Below, piece after piece: positions 1-9,897 of a DNA stretch of 64,000 nucleotides (position 1 is the first letter of the stretch; each line of letters starts with the position of its first letter). This stretch comes from an uncultured virus (IMG/VR IMGVR_UViG_3300025121_000017) (lineage: Duplodnaviria; Heunggongvirae; Uroviricota; Caudoviricetes). The stretch is taken from IMG/VR virus record IMGVR_UViG_3300025121_000017; one strand, written 5' to 3'. The notes beneath the pieces were generated by a model. The model was not told where the DNA came from. It worked only from the letters and a program-made list of their open reading frames with translations, and ran no database searches. Made by a program: the position numbers and the translations under genes.

Positions 1-61
1 CGATGAGGACACCGCGAGGAAGATACGCGCCGCGTGGGGCAGTCAGACGAAGATCAAGAAG

Positions 62-3000
62 GTGGCGATGGAGCACGCGCGCGCCGCAGGGGCCGCCGGA
101 CTCTTTGGCATGCCGGAGGCGCAATTCTACTCGAGGGCTCGCGCCTACATGGAGTCCGGGAAGATTCCCACGCTCGCCGTAGAGAAAGAGATGCCGTTCA
201 GCGAGTCACTGGCGCGCAAGGAGGCCGCTCGAAAGGAATGGGTGGCGTCCACTACCGCAGCGTTCCACGCGGGAAAACCTGTGCCGTTCACGCACTTAAA
301 CTCCGCGCAGGAAACGCGGAAGCTCCCAAAAGAGCTGGCGCGGACCATGGGCCACGCGGACTATGTCAAGCGGATGACTGATCGTCACGGCGCGTCCGCT
401 GACGTCGCGAGCCAGGTGTGGGCACAAGAGCACCCTGGCGTGCCCCTGTCTGCCGCTCCGACGCAAGAAGACGCCCTCCGCAGTATGTCCGATGAGGAGC
501 TCGACGCCGCGGTGATCGACGCGTACCAGGCGGACCCTGATTCTGCGCGTGAAGAGACCCGTGCGCTGTTCGCGGAGTCGGATCGGCGGCACGCGATGCA
601 CAAGGGCCGCGACACCTCCTCAGAGCCTCGCGACGCACACGGGCGGTGGACCGAAGTCGCCTCCCACGCCGAGCGCCACGGCGACCTCAAATACACTCAT
701 TACTCCACCCGAGACGGCTCCCTGCAGCCCGATCGCGGTCCAGCTCTGCGCGTCGGGGTGTCCCACGTCAACGAAGCGGTAGAGCGGGGCCACATCGAGC
801 CCTACATCGGAGACGGCTACGAGATCGGCGGCTCCGTCCGGTACAGACACGCGACACCGGACAGCTCAACCCGGCAGGAGCGCGCAGAACGGGGCACGCT
901 GCTGGCACTGGCAGACTTCCACGCGAGGGAGGTGCAGAAGCACGAGGAACGGTGGGGCGCGAGTGAGACGTACCGTCCGGCCATTCATCGGAGCCAGGTG
1001 CTCAACTCGGGACTGGCGAGCGCTAAGACGCTCGAGAAGCTGGAGAAGCGGGGGTTGATCGAGGGGAACACGACGCGGACCACGCACAGCGAACTGAGGA
1101 AAATGGCGAACACGTTCGGGAAGTGGAACGGGACGAAGTCGTATGAGAGCAGCGAGACGATCTACCGGATGACGCCGAGGGGGCTGGAGGAGGCGGAGAA
1201 GTTGCGGGGAGAGAAAAATGCGGAGAAGGGGGTACAGCCTCACGACGTAGAGGACGAGAACCGCGACCGAGGCGGCAAGTTCTCGACGACGGAAGGACGC
1301 ACCGAAGAGGGTCCCGATGCTGCGCAGGTGTCCAACTGGATTCACGATCAAGGGTCCAAGGAGGTCAAGCACCCCGGACTCAAGCCCACAGAGATTGGAG
1401 AGCATGGTGCGACGTTCAGAACTGGCCATCCGGTCGACGTGCACTACCATCGCAACACTGAGAAAGCGCCCAAGGCGAAGCACCTGACCCAAGATTTCGG
1501 GCAGGCAATCGAACCTTCTGGACGCTATATGCTGCACGACCACGATCGAGGCGCGCCTGCGTTTCCGGGGTGGGAGAAGGGAAAAGTGCAGTTCAAGAAT
1601 CCCATCGTACTCGAGCACGGCACTACGACGTCCGAGCCCCATGGGTGGAAGGCGCGCTTATCGGCCGCGTTTGGCGGTAAGAAGGGCAAGGCATTGTCCA
1701 AGGCTATCGCGGAGCGCGGACACGACGGAATCGTCACAGTAGAGGAGTACCAGCATGCGGGAAAGACGCATCGGAATACGTCCGAGATTGTAGATTTGAC
1801 ACACCTTCAGGCTCGCGGCATGGATAAGGGTAGCTACGCAGAACGTCGATCCTGGCTTCAGCAGGCAGCGGGACGCCCCGTTGTGGTAGAATCCGACGCC
1901 GAGAAAGGCCGCCGCCTCGACCCCGACTCCATAGCCGGCTGGCGCACGAATCCCGAAACCCACACCATCTTCCCCGTCACGGAGTCTCAAGCCAAAGAGC
2001 ATCCCGTCTCTAACCCTGCGCTTCACCGGCAGATTGTCACCTCAGTCGCGCGCCACGCCACCGGCACTCACGGCGGGGACCACACCAAAACTGATCGCGA
2101 GGCGGTGAAGGTGCTCGGCACGCACGAGGTCCGCCGCATCGCTGAGGAACGCGGACACTCCGCCCGCGCCGCCGGACTGGGAGAGGAGAACGAGCGCGAT
2201 CGGAAAGTCCGGCTCCTGAAGGCCCCGGCCTACGTCCGGCGGAGCCTCGAGGGAGCCACTGACCGCCACGTCACTCAGGCCCTCGACGGCGAGGATATGC
2301 GCAAGCAACGGAAGCTGATCAAGGATCCGTCTGACGTGCCTCGCCAGGCGTTTATCAGCTACAGCCACGGGCGGCTCGCGGACGAGTCGGGGGAAATTCC
2401 GGATGACAAGCGCGCGCTGCTGGGTACGGCTGGGGAGCGGCACCGGGAAGCGGTTAAGAAACGCATTGCGGCGGGGCAGGAAGTGAGCCCGGACGTGATG
2501 GAGGACTACCCGGAGCTCAAAGGTAAGGCTCAGGCACCGCTTAAGGCGACAGACATGAGCGCATCCGGCGACTGGCAGTGGGGCAACGATACACCTGCGT
2601 GGTCAAAGACGGGGCGTGCCGACTACTTCATCTTCCGGCGGGGAACGAACGGCACGGAGTATCTTGAAGATAAAGCGGGACGACGGCGCACGTGGAAGGA
2701 TCAGGACGCAGTTAAGGATGCCCTGCAGAAGGTTAAAGAAACGGACGCGGGGGTTGAGCACAAATTGTCTGAGGGGGCAAAGCGTGCGCTACGTAGAGCT
2801 GCCGCACACGATGCTCCCGGCGCGTTCAACAAAGCCGTGGAGTCTGGCCAGTGGACACCGGAGGCTGCGAAGTACGCCCTGGGGGAGGACGGAGCGGCTA
2901 TTGCGTACGCGCTGGACGAGCTGGAGGAAGGCATCGGGGGTGGTCCGGGGGATAGGGAGGCTACGGCGCGGGAGCTGGGAGAGCTCAAAAAGAAGATCGA

Positions 3001-5101
3001 GCCGCTGGTCGGCAGTAAAAATGTCATTGACAAATCGAGCGCGCGGAGTAAAGTAGAAAGTGAACCTGAGCGGAGCACTTCTATGCCGAACTTTACTCCC
3101 GATCAGCAGGCACAGCTTGACGCCAAAGACGCCGAGCACAAGGCAGCCCGCGCCGAGCGTTCAGCACAGTCCCGAGCTGAGTCAGCCCCGCACACGGCCC
3201 ACTTCACCGACGACGCGGTGCTCGGTCACGTCGCCAAGGTCTACGCCGACTATCGCGCAGCACGCGAGCACGGCAAGCGTCCAGAGCCGGTGCTTACGGC
3301 GTCCGCAGTCGTTGACGGGCTCAAATCCGTTCCGAGTGCGTATCGGCCCGAGGTGCTGGCGCACGTGGACGCGGCATTAGAGCGGCTGCACCGGGCGGGG
3401 AAGCTGGAGAGGAGTCAGGCGCTGAGGGACGGGCGGGAGGTTCATGCGTATGAGCCGGCGGAGCAGACTGATCCGGAACCGCCGAAGCCTACAGGAGGCC
3501 CACGCCCCGACTCAGCCCACGTCCGGGACCTTACCAACCTGCGGCACCCCTTCGACGCGACGGGCAAGCATCGCGACGTCAACGTTTCCTCGCTCCGCGC
3601 CGCCTCTGCCAAACTCCGCGCCAAGGGTGACGCTGACTCCATTCAGCGTGCAGGCGACATCGACGCAGAGGCGGGACGCCGCGATCGTACAGCCGCCGCC
3701 GTGGCCCAGGGTATCCCGGACGTGGGCGAGCTGCGTGAACGAGTGGATCGGCATGCGGGACGCGACAAGACACAGCTCCACTTCGGAGACATCGCGGGCA
3801 AGCACAAGATCGGCGATAAGGTTGTATCGCGCGGGACAGTGCATACGATTGAAGGACTCGGGCAAGAGTTCACGGGACGGGATGGGCAGAAGCGTAATTA
3901 TTATTACGTCGGGGACCTGTCAGCGGCGGAGCAGAAGGCGAGAGTAAATGAGCTGCATGGAGCGCAGGACGCGCCTAAGCCGTCCGCCTGGACCGACCAG
4001 CATCGTCAACTTGCAAAGGAGCGCTGGCTCGACCCCGACGTCCACACCGCACTAGGCGGGCACGCCTCCCATATCTCACCTGAGAATCGCGCAGCGGTCC
4101 AGGCAAATGCCCCAGACCTGTTGGCGCAGCACGAGCAGCACCTGAAGCGTGCTGCGTTGCTTCGCGACAAAGCCCCGCACGAAATGAGTGAGGCGGAGTT
4201 TGTGGACGCGCACACCGATCCCGACTTCGCCCGTATTCTAGGGCGAGACGGGCACGGGGAGAAGTACGGACGTGCGCTCACCGCCGTGTGGACACCGGAG
4301 AAACATGCGCAGTGGGAGGCGGAGGCTGAGAAGAAAGCGCCTGCATGGTCCGGCACTCGCGTGACGCGTGAAGAAGGGGAAGCGCGGAATTTGAGCAAGA
4401 ATAAGGCGTATTATGTGGCGATGCACCGGGATATGAGCGCGGCGGCGCGCCCGGCACCGGAAGTCACCCGCGCCAAACTCGAGCAAACCTCCAGCCGCTC
4501 CAAAGTCGACTACCACGCCGTAGCCGCTGACGTAACCGCGCGCCTCCACGCAGCCGGGCGCAAGAACCACCGCTTCATCTACGACCCTGGCATCGGCCAG
4601 GGCATGAACGGCATGGCCTTCCAAGTCTATCAGTCCCCCGGACGCGCCGCGAAGCACGAGTGGTTCCATGAAGACCCGAAGATGCACTTCAGCCGGCATG
4701 ACGATGTCGGCACGGCTTCAGACCTGGTCAGAGGCGTCATCCGCGAGCACACTTCCCGCGCGCAAGCTTCAACGGGCGGTGCGGTCAAGTATAAAGTTCC
4801 GGACCACGTAGCAGGCGAGCTCGACGCCTATGAGGGTGAGCCGCACGAGACGCTGGAAGACAGCGAACGGGCTAAGGACCCGGACCGTGGCGAATTCGTG
4901 AAGAGTTACAGGTCTGGCGAATGGACGCCTGCCGCTGCGCGCTATGCGCTCCGAAAGGACACCGGGGGCATTGACAACGCCATCGGGCTGATCGAGGAAC
5001 GCACGTATGAGCGGGACCCGGAGGAGAAGCTGCTCAACGCGAAGAAGATCCGCGGCCTGAAGGCGCTCAAGGATAAGCTCCGTCCGCTGCTCGAAAAATG
5101 A
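62..5101 (+). CDS. Giant modular (polyvalent-like) protein, probably virion-internal; may extend 5' of the window. Contains an ADP-ribosyltransferase-like segment at ~1410-1800
   Basis: 1679-aa ORF. Repeated xxKG motifs, two followed by RDxxG[RK][WF] (MHKG..PRDAHGRWT, AEKG..NRDRGGKFS); duplicated WTPxAAxYAL module; VxxDYPEL module; KNP...GHDGIV...EIV segment reminiscent of ART domains. Confidence 0.7.
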   Translation: MAMEHARAAGAAGLFGMPEAQFYSRARAYMESGKIPTLAVEKEMPFSESLARKEAARKEWVASTTAAFHAGKPVPFTHLNSAQETRKLPKELARTMGHADYVKRMTDRHGASADVASQVWAQEHPGVPLSAAPTQEDALRSMSDEELDAAVIDAYQADPDSAREETRALFAESDRRHAMHKGRDTSSEPRDAHGRWTEVASHAERHGDLKYTHYSTRDGSLQPDRGPALRVGVSHVNEAVERGHIEPYIGDGYEIGGSVRYRHATPDSSTRQERAERGTLLALADFHAREVQKHEERWGASETYRPAIHRSQVLNSGLASAKTLEKLEKRGLIEGNTTRTTHSELRKMANTFGKWNGTKSYESSETIYRMTPRGLEEAEKLRGEKNAEKGVQPHDVEDENRDRGGKFSTTEGRTEEGPDAAQVSNWIHDQGSKEVKHPGLKPTEIGEHGATFRTGHPVDVHYHRNTEKAPKAKHLTQDFGQAIEPSGRYMLHDHDRGAPAFPGWEKGKVQFKNPIVLEHGTTTSEPHGWKARLSAAFGGKKGKALSKAIAERGHDGIVTVEEYQHAGKTHRNTSEIVDLTHLQARGMDKGSYAERRSWLQQAAGRPVVVESDAEKGRRLDPDSIAGWRTNPETHTIFPVTESQAKEHPVSNPALHRQIVTSVARHATGTHGGDHTKTDREAVKVLGTHEVRRIAEERGHSARAAGLGEENERDRKVRLLKAPAYVRRSLEGATDRHVTQALDGEDMRKQRKLIKDPSDVPRQAFISYSHGRLADESGEIPDDKRALLGTAGERHREAVKKRIAAGQEVSPDVMEDYPELKGKAQAPLKATDMSASGDWQWGNDTPAWSKTGRADYFIFRRGTNGTEYLEDKAGRRRTWKDQDAVKDALQKVKETDAGVEHKLSEGAKRALRRAAAHDAPGAFNKAVESGQWTPEAAKYALGEDGAAIAYALDELEEGIGGGPGDREATARELGELKKKIEPLVGSKNVIDKSSARSKVESEPERSTSMPNFTPDQQAQLDAKDAEHKAARAERSAQSRAESAPHTAHFTDDAVLGHVAKVYADYRAAREHGKRPEPVLTASAVVDGLKSVPSAYRPEVLAHVDAALERLHRAGKLERSQALRDGREVHAYEPAEQTDPEPPKPTGGPRPDSAHVRDLTNLRHPFDATGKHRDVNVSSLRAASAKLRAKGDADSIQRAGDIDAEAGRRDRTAAAVAQGIPDVGELRERVDRHAGRDKTQLHFGDIAGKHKIGDKVVSRGTVHTIEGLGQEFTGRDGQKRNYYYVGDLSAAEQKARVNELHGAQDAPKPSAWTDQHRQLAKERWLDPDVHTALGGHASHISPENRAAVQANAPDLLAQHEQHLKRAALLRDKAPHEMSEAEFVDAHTDPDFARILGRDGHGEKYGRALTAVWTPEKHAQWEAEAEKKAPAWSGTRVTREEGEARNLSKNKAYYVAMHRDMSAAARPAPEVTRAKLEQTSSRSKVDYHAVAADVTARLHAAGRKNHRFIYDPGIGQGMNGMAFQVYQSPGRAAKHEWFHEDPKMHFSRHDDVGTASDLVRGVIREHTSRAQASTGGAVKYKVPDHVAGELDAYEGEPHETLEDSERAKDPDRGEFVKSYRSGEWTPAAARYALRKDTGGIDNAIGLIEERTYERDPEEKLLNAKKIRGLKALKDKLRPLLEK
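3021..3054 (+). promoter_or_regulatory. Internal sigma70-type promoter with palindromic box, inside ORF 62-5101
   Basis: ATGTCATTGACAA; TTGACA(3027)-N16-TAAAGT; followed by AACCTGA, CGGAG and an in-frame ATG at 3083. Confidence 0.6.
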
Positions 5102-5124
5102 TAGCCATCGTTTATCTGCCAAAC

Positions 5125-5160
5125 TGTCATTGACATCCCGCTCTACTTTCCGTACATCTT
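5125..5160 (+). promoter_or_regulatory. Promoter with TGTCATTGACAT box
   Basis: TGTCATTGACAT at 5125-5136, upstream of the KH gene; -10 element weak. Confidence 0.6.
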
Positions 5161-5290
5161 AATCAGCACATCCAGCCACTGCTTGTTACTTTTCGCGTGG
5201 TCGCGGCTGGACGACCGCGCCAGAACCGCATGTGCATTGCGCGACTCGATGCGCCGCCAGGCTCACCGCTGTCGTGTCCGGGAGAGACGT

Positions 5291-5560
5291 ATGATTGCAG
5301 CGCAGCCCACTCTGAGTGACGTTGGAACCTTATTGCTGACCATTATTCAGGCCCTGGTGGACCATCCGGACCAGGTCCAGATTAGGGAGCTCGAAGGCGC
5401 GCAGGCTACCGTGCTCGAGGTTCAGGTGGCAAAGTCGGACCACGGGAAGATCGTGGGGCGGAAGGGGCGCACAGCGAATGCGATCCGGGAGATCCTGTGT
5501 GATCTGGGAGGGAAGCGGCAGCGGCGGTACTTGCTCGAGATACTTGAAAACAGAGAGTAG
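5291..5560 (+). CDS. khpA: KhpA-like single KH-domain RNA-binding protein
   Basis: ALVDHPDQV...VLEVQVAKSDHGKIVGRKGRTANAIREIL...LEILE; GxxG KH loop; GGAGAG before ATG 5291. Confidence 0.85.
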   Translation: MIAAQPTLSDVGTLLLTIIQALVDHPDQVQIRELEGAQATVLEVQVAKSDHGKIVGRKGRTANAIREILCDLGGKRQRRYLLEILENRE

Positions 5561-5563
5561 ATC

Positions 5564-5596
5564 GTCATTGACATTAAGATGATCCTCGCCTATCCT
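5564..5596 (+). promoter_or_regulatory. Promoter with GTCATTGACAT box
   Basis: TTGACA(5568)-N17-TATCCT. Confidence 0.7.
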
Positions 5597-5640
5597 ATCT
5601 CTTGATTCCTTTATCCACTGCTAATTTTGAGGTCGACACG

Positions 5641-6033
5641 ATGGCTACTTTACCCCTCGCCCAAACTCTCGCAGCCGCAATCGCAGTGGGACCAGCCACA
5701 GACGATCGGCTCGAGGAACTCCTCCACGTCTTCCAAACTGCGAATGCGGAGGACCGCGCACTGCGCAAGCGGCGCGTCGCGCTGTACCGACCGGTCCGGG
5801 ACGCCGTGGAGCGCAAGTTGCGGAGGCGCGGGGTCTTCGCGGACATTACCGTTGAGTCCATTCCGCTGGTCGGCGCGAGTCGTTCTTGTGTAAAGATCTC
5901 TGCGACGTGGGCCGCCAACCTGCGCGGGGATAGTGTGACGCTGGCACTGCGGGATCCGCAGACGGAGAAGGACGTCGAGGCGTTCGTTGCCAGGATGGTT
6001 CGTGTCGTTGGCGCGGTCGAGGAAGGGCAGTGA
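5641..6033 (+). CDS. Hypothetical protein
   Basis: GAGGT RBS before ATG 5641; GTGA overlap with the next gene. Confidence 0.65.
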   Translation: MATLPLAQTLAAAIAVGPATDDRLEELLHVFQTANAEDRALRKRRVALYRPVRDAVERKLRRRGVFADITVESIPLVGASRSCVKISATWAANLRGDSVTLALRDPQTEKDVEAFVARMVRVVGAVEEGQ

Positions 6034-6506
6034 GCGATCTAACCCACACGATCCTCTCTTCGTGGAATAGACTCGGACACATTCCGCTGAGCGCAGCAGT
6101 CGATGTCTTCCGTGCAGCAGTTCCGGACGTAGAATTCGCGCCGTTCGATACGGTTGAGGTGGCTATTCCGGTATCCAGGACTCCGCTCTTCACGCTCGAC
6201 CCGGCGCTGGCTGCGATGTCGCGTCCTGCTATTGAACGACTAACAGCCAAACTGGTCCCTTACCTTTTCGACGGATGGCCGGTGCTCGCTGTCTACGTGC
6301 CGGAGGTACACCGCGTCATCGTCCGAGCGGGTACACTGCCGGAGAAGGACGGGCCGGCGCTCGCTGCGCTGTTGGCCCTGGGCTATCTACAGCCAATAAC
6401 ACTGACGCTGCCTCAGCGAGTTTACCTCAACGTCTGTTTGGCGGAAGGTGCCGATAGGGTACGTCGAGGGTCTGTGTCTCTGGCGGAGAGGGTGCCGCGC
6501 CCATGA
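6030..6506 (+). CDS. Hypothetical protein
   Basis: Translationally coupled (GTGA/ATGA overlaps). Confidence 0.65.
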   Translation: MSDLTHTILSSWNRLGHIPLSAAVDVFRAAVPDVEFAPFDTVEVAIPVSRTPLFTLDPALAAMSRPAIERLTAKLVPYLFDGWPVLAVYVPEVHRVIVRAGTLPEKDGPALAALLALGYLQPITLTLPQRVYLNVCLAEGADRVRRGSVSLAERVPRP

Positions 6507-6949
6507 CTGCACTCCGTTGCGGTGACCCCCGCATCCTCATCCTCCGCTGCGGCGGGTTCTGCCCTGCCGAAGCCTACGGACGCGTCAATGGGCACTCTTT
6601 CTACCTCAAGGCGCGTGACATGCTCCTGGTCATGGTCGCGGACGACCCGGACGCCGACTACGAAGCGATCGAGACGAGCTTCCACGTCGGCGAGGAGTAC
6701 ATCGAACCGGATGGCTGGGAGATCGATCTGCGGAACGACCCCCGCGTGGCGCACCTGGGGAGCACCGTGGGCGAAGCTGAGCTTGCGGAGCTGGAGCCGG
6801 TTACGCAGGCGTTGGTTCGGATGAGTCCGCGTTACTTCGGGTATTTGAGCCAGGAGGAGCTGCACGAGGTTGTGAAGATCGCGTGTGAGGACTATTTGGC
6901 GGGCGGGGACCTGGCTGCGCGTGGGTGGGAAAGGATCGAGACGTGCTAG
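6503..6949 (+). CDS. Hypothetical protein
   Basis: Coupled ORF; CPxEAYGxVNGxxFYxKAR motif. Confidence 0.65.
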   Translation: MTALRCGDPRILILRCGGFCPAEAYGRVNGHSFYLKARDMLLVMVADDPDADYEAIETSFHVGEEYIEPDGWEIDLRNDPRVAHLGSTVGEAELAELEPVTQALVRMSPRYFGYLSQEELHEVVKIACEDYLAGGDLAARGWERIETC

Positions 6950-7440
6950 CTATTACTTCTCAGCTTGAGCGGGACGCCGCTGTTCTAGCTGTCGAACGCC
7001 ACGGCGCGCAGCTTTATGGCGCGGTGCCTTACACCGTACACCTTGCCGACGTGCGCAGGCTTCTGGCGTCTTTCCACTGGACGGGGTCGCTACTCGTCGC
7101 TGCATGGCTTCACGACGTCCTTGAGGACACGGACACGACTCGAGAGGAGCTACGCGACCGGTTTGGCGCTGAGGTGGAAGGCCTCGTCTGGACCGTGAGT
7201 GGATTTGGCACGAATCGCAAGGCGCGGAACGCTGATGCCTGGACCAAAGTTGCCGCGTACGGGCAGGACGCTGCAACACTGAAGCTGGCGGATCGTGTCG
7301 CGAACGTAAGTAGCGCTCGCTCAACTCGACCTGATCTCTTCAGAATGTACCAGCGCGAACAGGGCCAGTTTCGAGCAGCTATCTGTCCGCTAGGGGATGG
7401 GGCGCTATGGGAATTGTTGGATGAGTTGCTGCGCGCATAA
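6943..7440 (+). CDS. HD-domain small alarmone hydrolase (SpoT/MESH1-like)
   Basis: HGAQ..PYTVHL, AAWLHDVLEDT, FGxEV, KLADRVAN motifs. Confidence 0.85.
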   Translation: MLAITSQLERDAAVLAVERHGAQLYGAVPYTVHLADVRRLLASFHWTGSLLVAAWLHDVLEDTDTTREELRDRFGAEVEGLVWTVSGFGTNRKARNADAWTKVAAYGQDAATLKLADRVANVSSARSTRPDLFRMYQREQGQFRAAICPLGDGALWELLDELLRA

Positions 7441-7444
7441 AAAT

Positions 7445-7478
7445 TGTCATTGACATTTAAACTCCACTCCTGTATTCT
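7445..7478 (+). promoter_or_regulatory. Promoter with TGTCATTGACAT box
   Basis: TTGACA(7450)-N17-TATTCT, then AACCTGA, CGGAG, ATG 7511. Confidence 0.75.
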
Positions 7479-7510
7479 CTGTGCATAACCTGATCGCACG
7501 GAGCAACCCC

Positions 7511-7918
7511 ATGACGCATCCCGAGTTCACCGCAGCATTTCGAATCGTAACCGGCACCAACACTCGCACCGACCCAGCATTCCTTACGGCGGTCCAGGCA
7601 GCGTATCGCTCCGAAGAGTACAGCGAGTATCTCGTCAAGGACGGCGAGAGCCAGCTGTCCAATCACGTCCGCTTCGTCGTGTGGGTTTCTCAGACACCGG
7701 GCGGGAAAGCGACACTGGAGCGAGAACTGCGCGTGGCTGAGTCGGCCCGCGCGGAGAAGCTCGATTACCTGGCGAAGTTGAAGCTTGAAATGACGCTGCT
7801 TCGGATGGAGCTCGGGCTCGAGGCGGAGATGACGTTGAAGGATTTCAGGACCGAGTCGCTGCGGAATGAGCTGGAGCGGCGGGAGCTAAGCGACGTGCGT
7901 CAAGCAGGTGCGCGATGA
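7511..7918 (+). CDS. Hypothetical coiled-coil protein
   Basis: ORF after promoter/RBS; ATGA overlap downstream. Confidence 0.65.
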   Translation: MTHPEFTAAFRIVTGTNTRTDPAFLTAVQAAYRSEEYSEYLVKDGESQLSNHVRFVVWVSQTPGGKATLERELRVAESARAEKLDYLAKLKLEMTLLRMELGLEAEMTLKDFRTESLRNELERRELSDVRQAGAR

Positions 7919-8256
7919 AACTTCGCTGCCGAGAACATGGGTACGCAATGCCATGCGTGTTCTGCCTGCCAAGCGTGTTCTCTGCGCGGGTCGGACTAAC
8001 CGAATCAGGACGGCTCATCCCGCGCGTGGTGCACGTCACGTTGTCAGTCCGGAGGGGCGGCGCAGTGACGCTCGCGCGGGAGGACGGCACGCTCGTCCAG
8101 CTGAAGTTCTCGAAGCGGGACGGTAACGTGCACCCGTACCAGGGGCGGTTCTCGCTTGGTGGAAGATTGTTTCAAGCGAGCCTGAAAGACGCCGAAATCA
8201 TCACGCGGCACATACGGGAGCAATGCGGGTTCGCGCCTCTAGGAGCGACTGCATGA
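7915..8256 (+). CDS. Hypothetical protein
   Basis: Coupled ORF. Confidence 0.55.
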   Translation: MKLRCREHGYAMPCVFCLPSVFSARVGLTESGRLIPRVVHVTLSVRRGGAVTLAREDGTLVQLKFSKRDGNVHPYQGRFSLGGRLFQASLKDAEIITRHIREQCGFAPLGATA

Positions 8257-8462
8257 CAGAAGATGATGCCAGAACGGCGTATACGGTAGGTTTTGACCTT
8301 GGCCTCGCTGGAACTGACACGGCGACGCTGCGCGCTGCCCTGTCAGGTAAAGCGCTGCTGTACGCCAAGGCAGGGTGGGCAGACGGTGAATGGCAACGTA
8401 AGAGCGGAGAGCCGTCTTTTGAGTTCGACACGGATGACTTCAACGAGGGAGAGGAGAATTGA
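8253..8462 (+). CDS. Hypothetical protein
   Basis: ATGA overlap with the upstream gene; acidic C-terminus. Confidence 0.55.
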   Translation: MTEDDARTAYTVGFDLGLAGTDTATLRAALSGKALLYAKAGWADGEWQRKSGEPSFEFDTDDFNEGEEN

Positions 8463-8857
8463 TGCTACCGCCTCATTGGGAAGATGTAACCGCCAAACTG
8501 CTAGCCGACATCTCAGCGCCCGGCTCCACCGTCCGGTGTGGCAATCGACGCGCCATCCTGACCTACAAGACAGCGCACAAAGATCGAGCTCGTTGGACTG
8601 CTACGCAAGAGCTCGTCTTCAACAAGATCCCCGCGGACGGTTGGCACATGGGCTACGTGTCCCGAGCGCTTGGCTACGCCCATGTCGTGGATCGTCTACC
8701 GACTCGCGAGCGACAAGCGCTGCATGGACTCATGGCTGCGGGGCACGTCCGGGTTTATTTCGTGCCGGAAGGTACGGATGAAGAGGACGCGCGGCGAGAT
8801 TCGCCGTTTGGGTATATGACACATCACTACCGAATTGTCCGGAGCAGCGTAGAATGA
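8459..8857 (+). CDS. Hypothetical protein
   Basis: GAGGAG RBS; coupled to the next gene. Confidence 0.6.
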   Translation: MMLPPHWEDVTAKLLADISAPGSTVRCGNRRAILTYKTAHKDRARWTATQELVFNKIPADGWHMGYVSRALGYAHVVDRLPTRERQALHGLMAAGHVRVYFVPEGTDEEDARRDSPFGYMTHHYRIVRSSVE

Positions 8858-9897
8858 CGACATGGACACCCCGAGAATGCATGGCCCTCTTGCACCAACC
8901 CCTCCCGGTCCGCAGTGAGGAAGAGTGGAACGTGGCTATGCGCATCCGCGCGCAAGCCGCTAAGGCGACAGGGAAGTTCCTTAAAGCACAGGACGCGGGG
9001 AAGCTGGCGATACTCGAGACAGCTCAGCGCGTCGATCCGACTGTGACGCTGGACGGGCTTATGGAGCGCGTCGACGTTCAGGAGCGGCTCAACCTCATCG
9101 TGGCGCGAGACGAGGTGCTGTCCGGAACGCACCCGTGCCGTCACTGGTTCCTCGAAGCGGACATGGCGGAGACGTTTTGGACGCTCGACACGGACGACAT
9201 GCCGATCGAGAGGATAAACCTTTCAGATATGATCTTCTTTCGCCTGTGGGTCAAGGTGGTGAACCCGCTCGCTGCTCCGGGACATGTCGCGCAGATCTAT
9301 TTCGGCAAGCGCGGTTCACTGGCGCACATCGTCTGCTACTCAAGGAGCGGACCCAACGGCGGGATGAAACCGATGCCTGGACAGCTAGATTTCTTCGGTT
9401 GTACTACGGTGCGCGCGGCCGTGGCGCGCCACCTGCACACATATAGAAGCCTGCTTGACGAAGAAGCGCATTTCATGCTCACTCGAGCTGTCCGCCTGTG
9501 CGTCAACTCGTACCTCTACTCCACCAGCTCGGACCCGGATATCCTGCGCCAATTGAACCCCGAGTACGACCGCCTCCGAGAGAAGGCCAGTCGTCTACCC
9601 AAAGGCGACTCCATGCGCAAAAAGCTCGAGACGAAGCTCCGCGACATTCCGCGTGACGAATGGGACGTCTTCCGCCTGCGAACGCTGGCGAGACGCGAGT
9701 CGGACGCCCAGATTGACGCCGCTGCGGCTGATCAGTGCTCCGCAGAAGGCGCACGAGTCGTTGGAGCTCACGACGTCCGGGAGCACTGGCGGTGGCAGGC
9801 GTGCGGCGCGGGTTGGTCCGATCACAAGCTGGTGCTCGTGCCGAGGCACAGGAGAGGGGATGAACGGAAGGTTATAGCGCACAGAATGACGCGTTGA
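8854..9897 (+). CDS. Hypothetical phage protein with C-terminal HxVRxHWR motif
   Basis: 347-aa ORF; HDVREHWRWQACG...PRHRRG tail. Confidence 0.7.
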   Translation: MTTWTPRECMALLHQPLPVRSEEEWNVAMRIRAQAAKATGKFLKAQDAGKLAILETAQRVDPTVTLDGLMERVDVQERLNLIVARDEVLSGTHPCRHWFLEADMAETFWTLDTDDMPIERINLSDMIFFRLWVKVVNPLAAPGHVAQIYFGKRGSLAHIVCYSRSGPNGGMKPMPGQLDFFGCTTVRAAVARHLHTYRSLLDEEAHFMLTRAVRLCVNSYLYSTSSDPDILRQLNPEYDRLREKASRLPKGDSMRKKLETKLRDIPRDEWDVFRLRTLARRESDAQIDAAAADQCSAEGARVVGAHDVREHWRWQACGAGWSDHKLVLVPRHRRGDERKVIAHRMTR

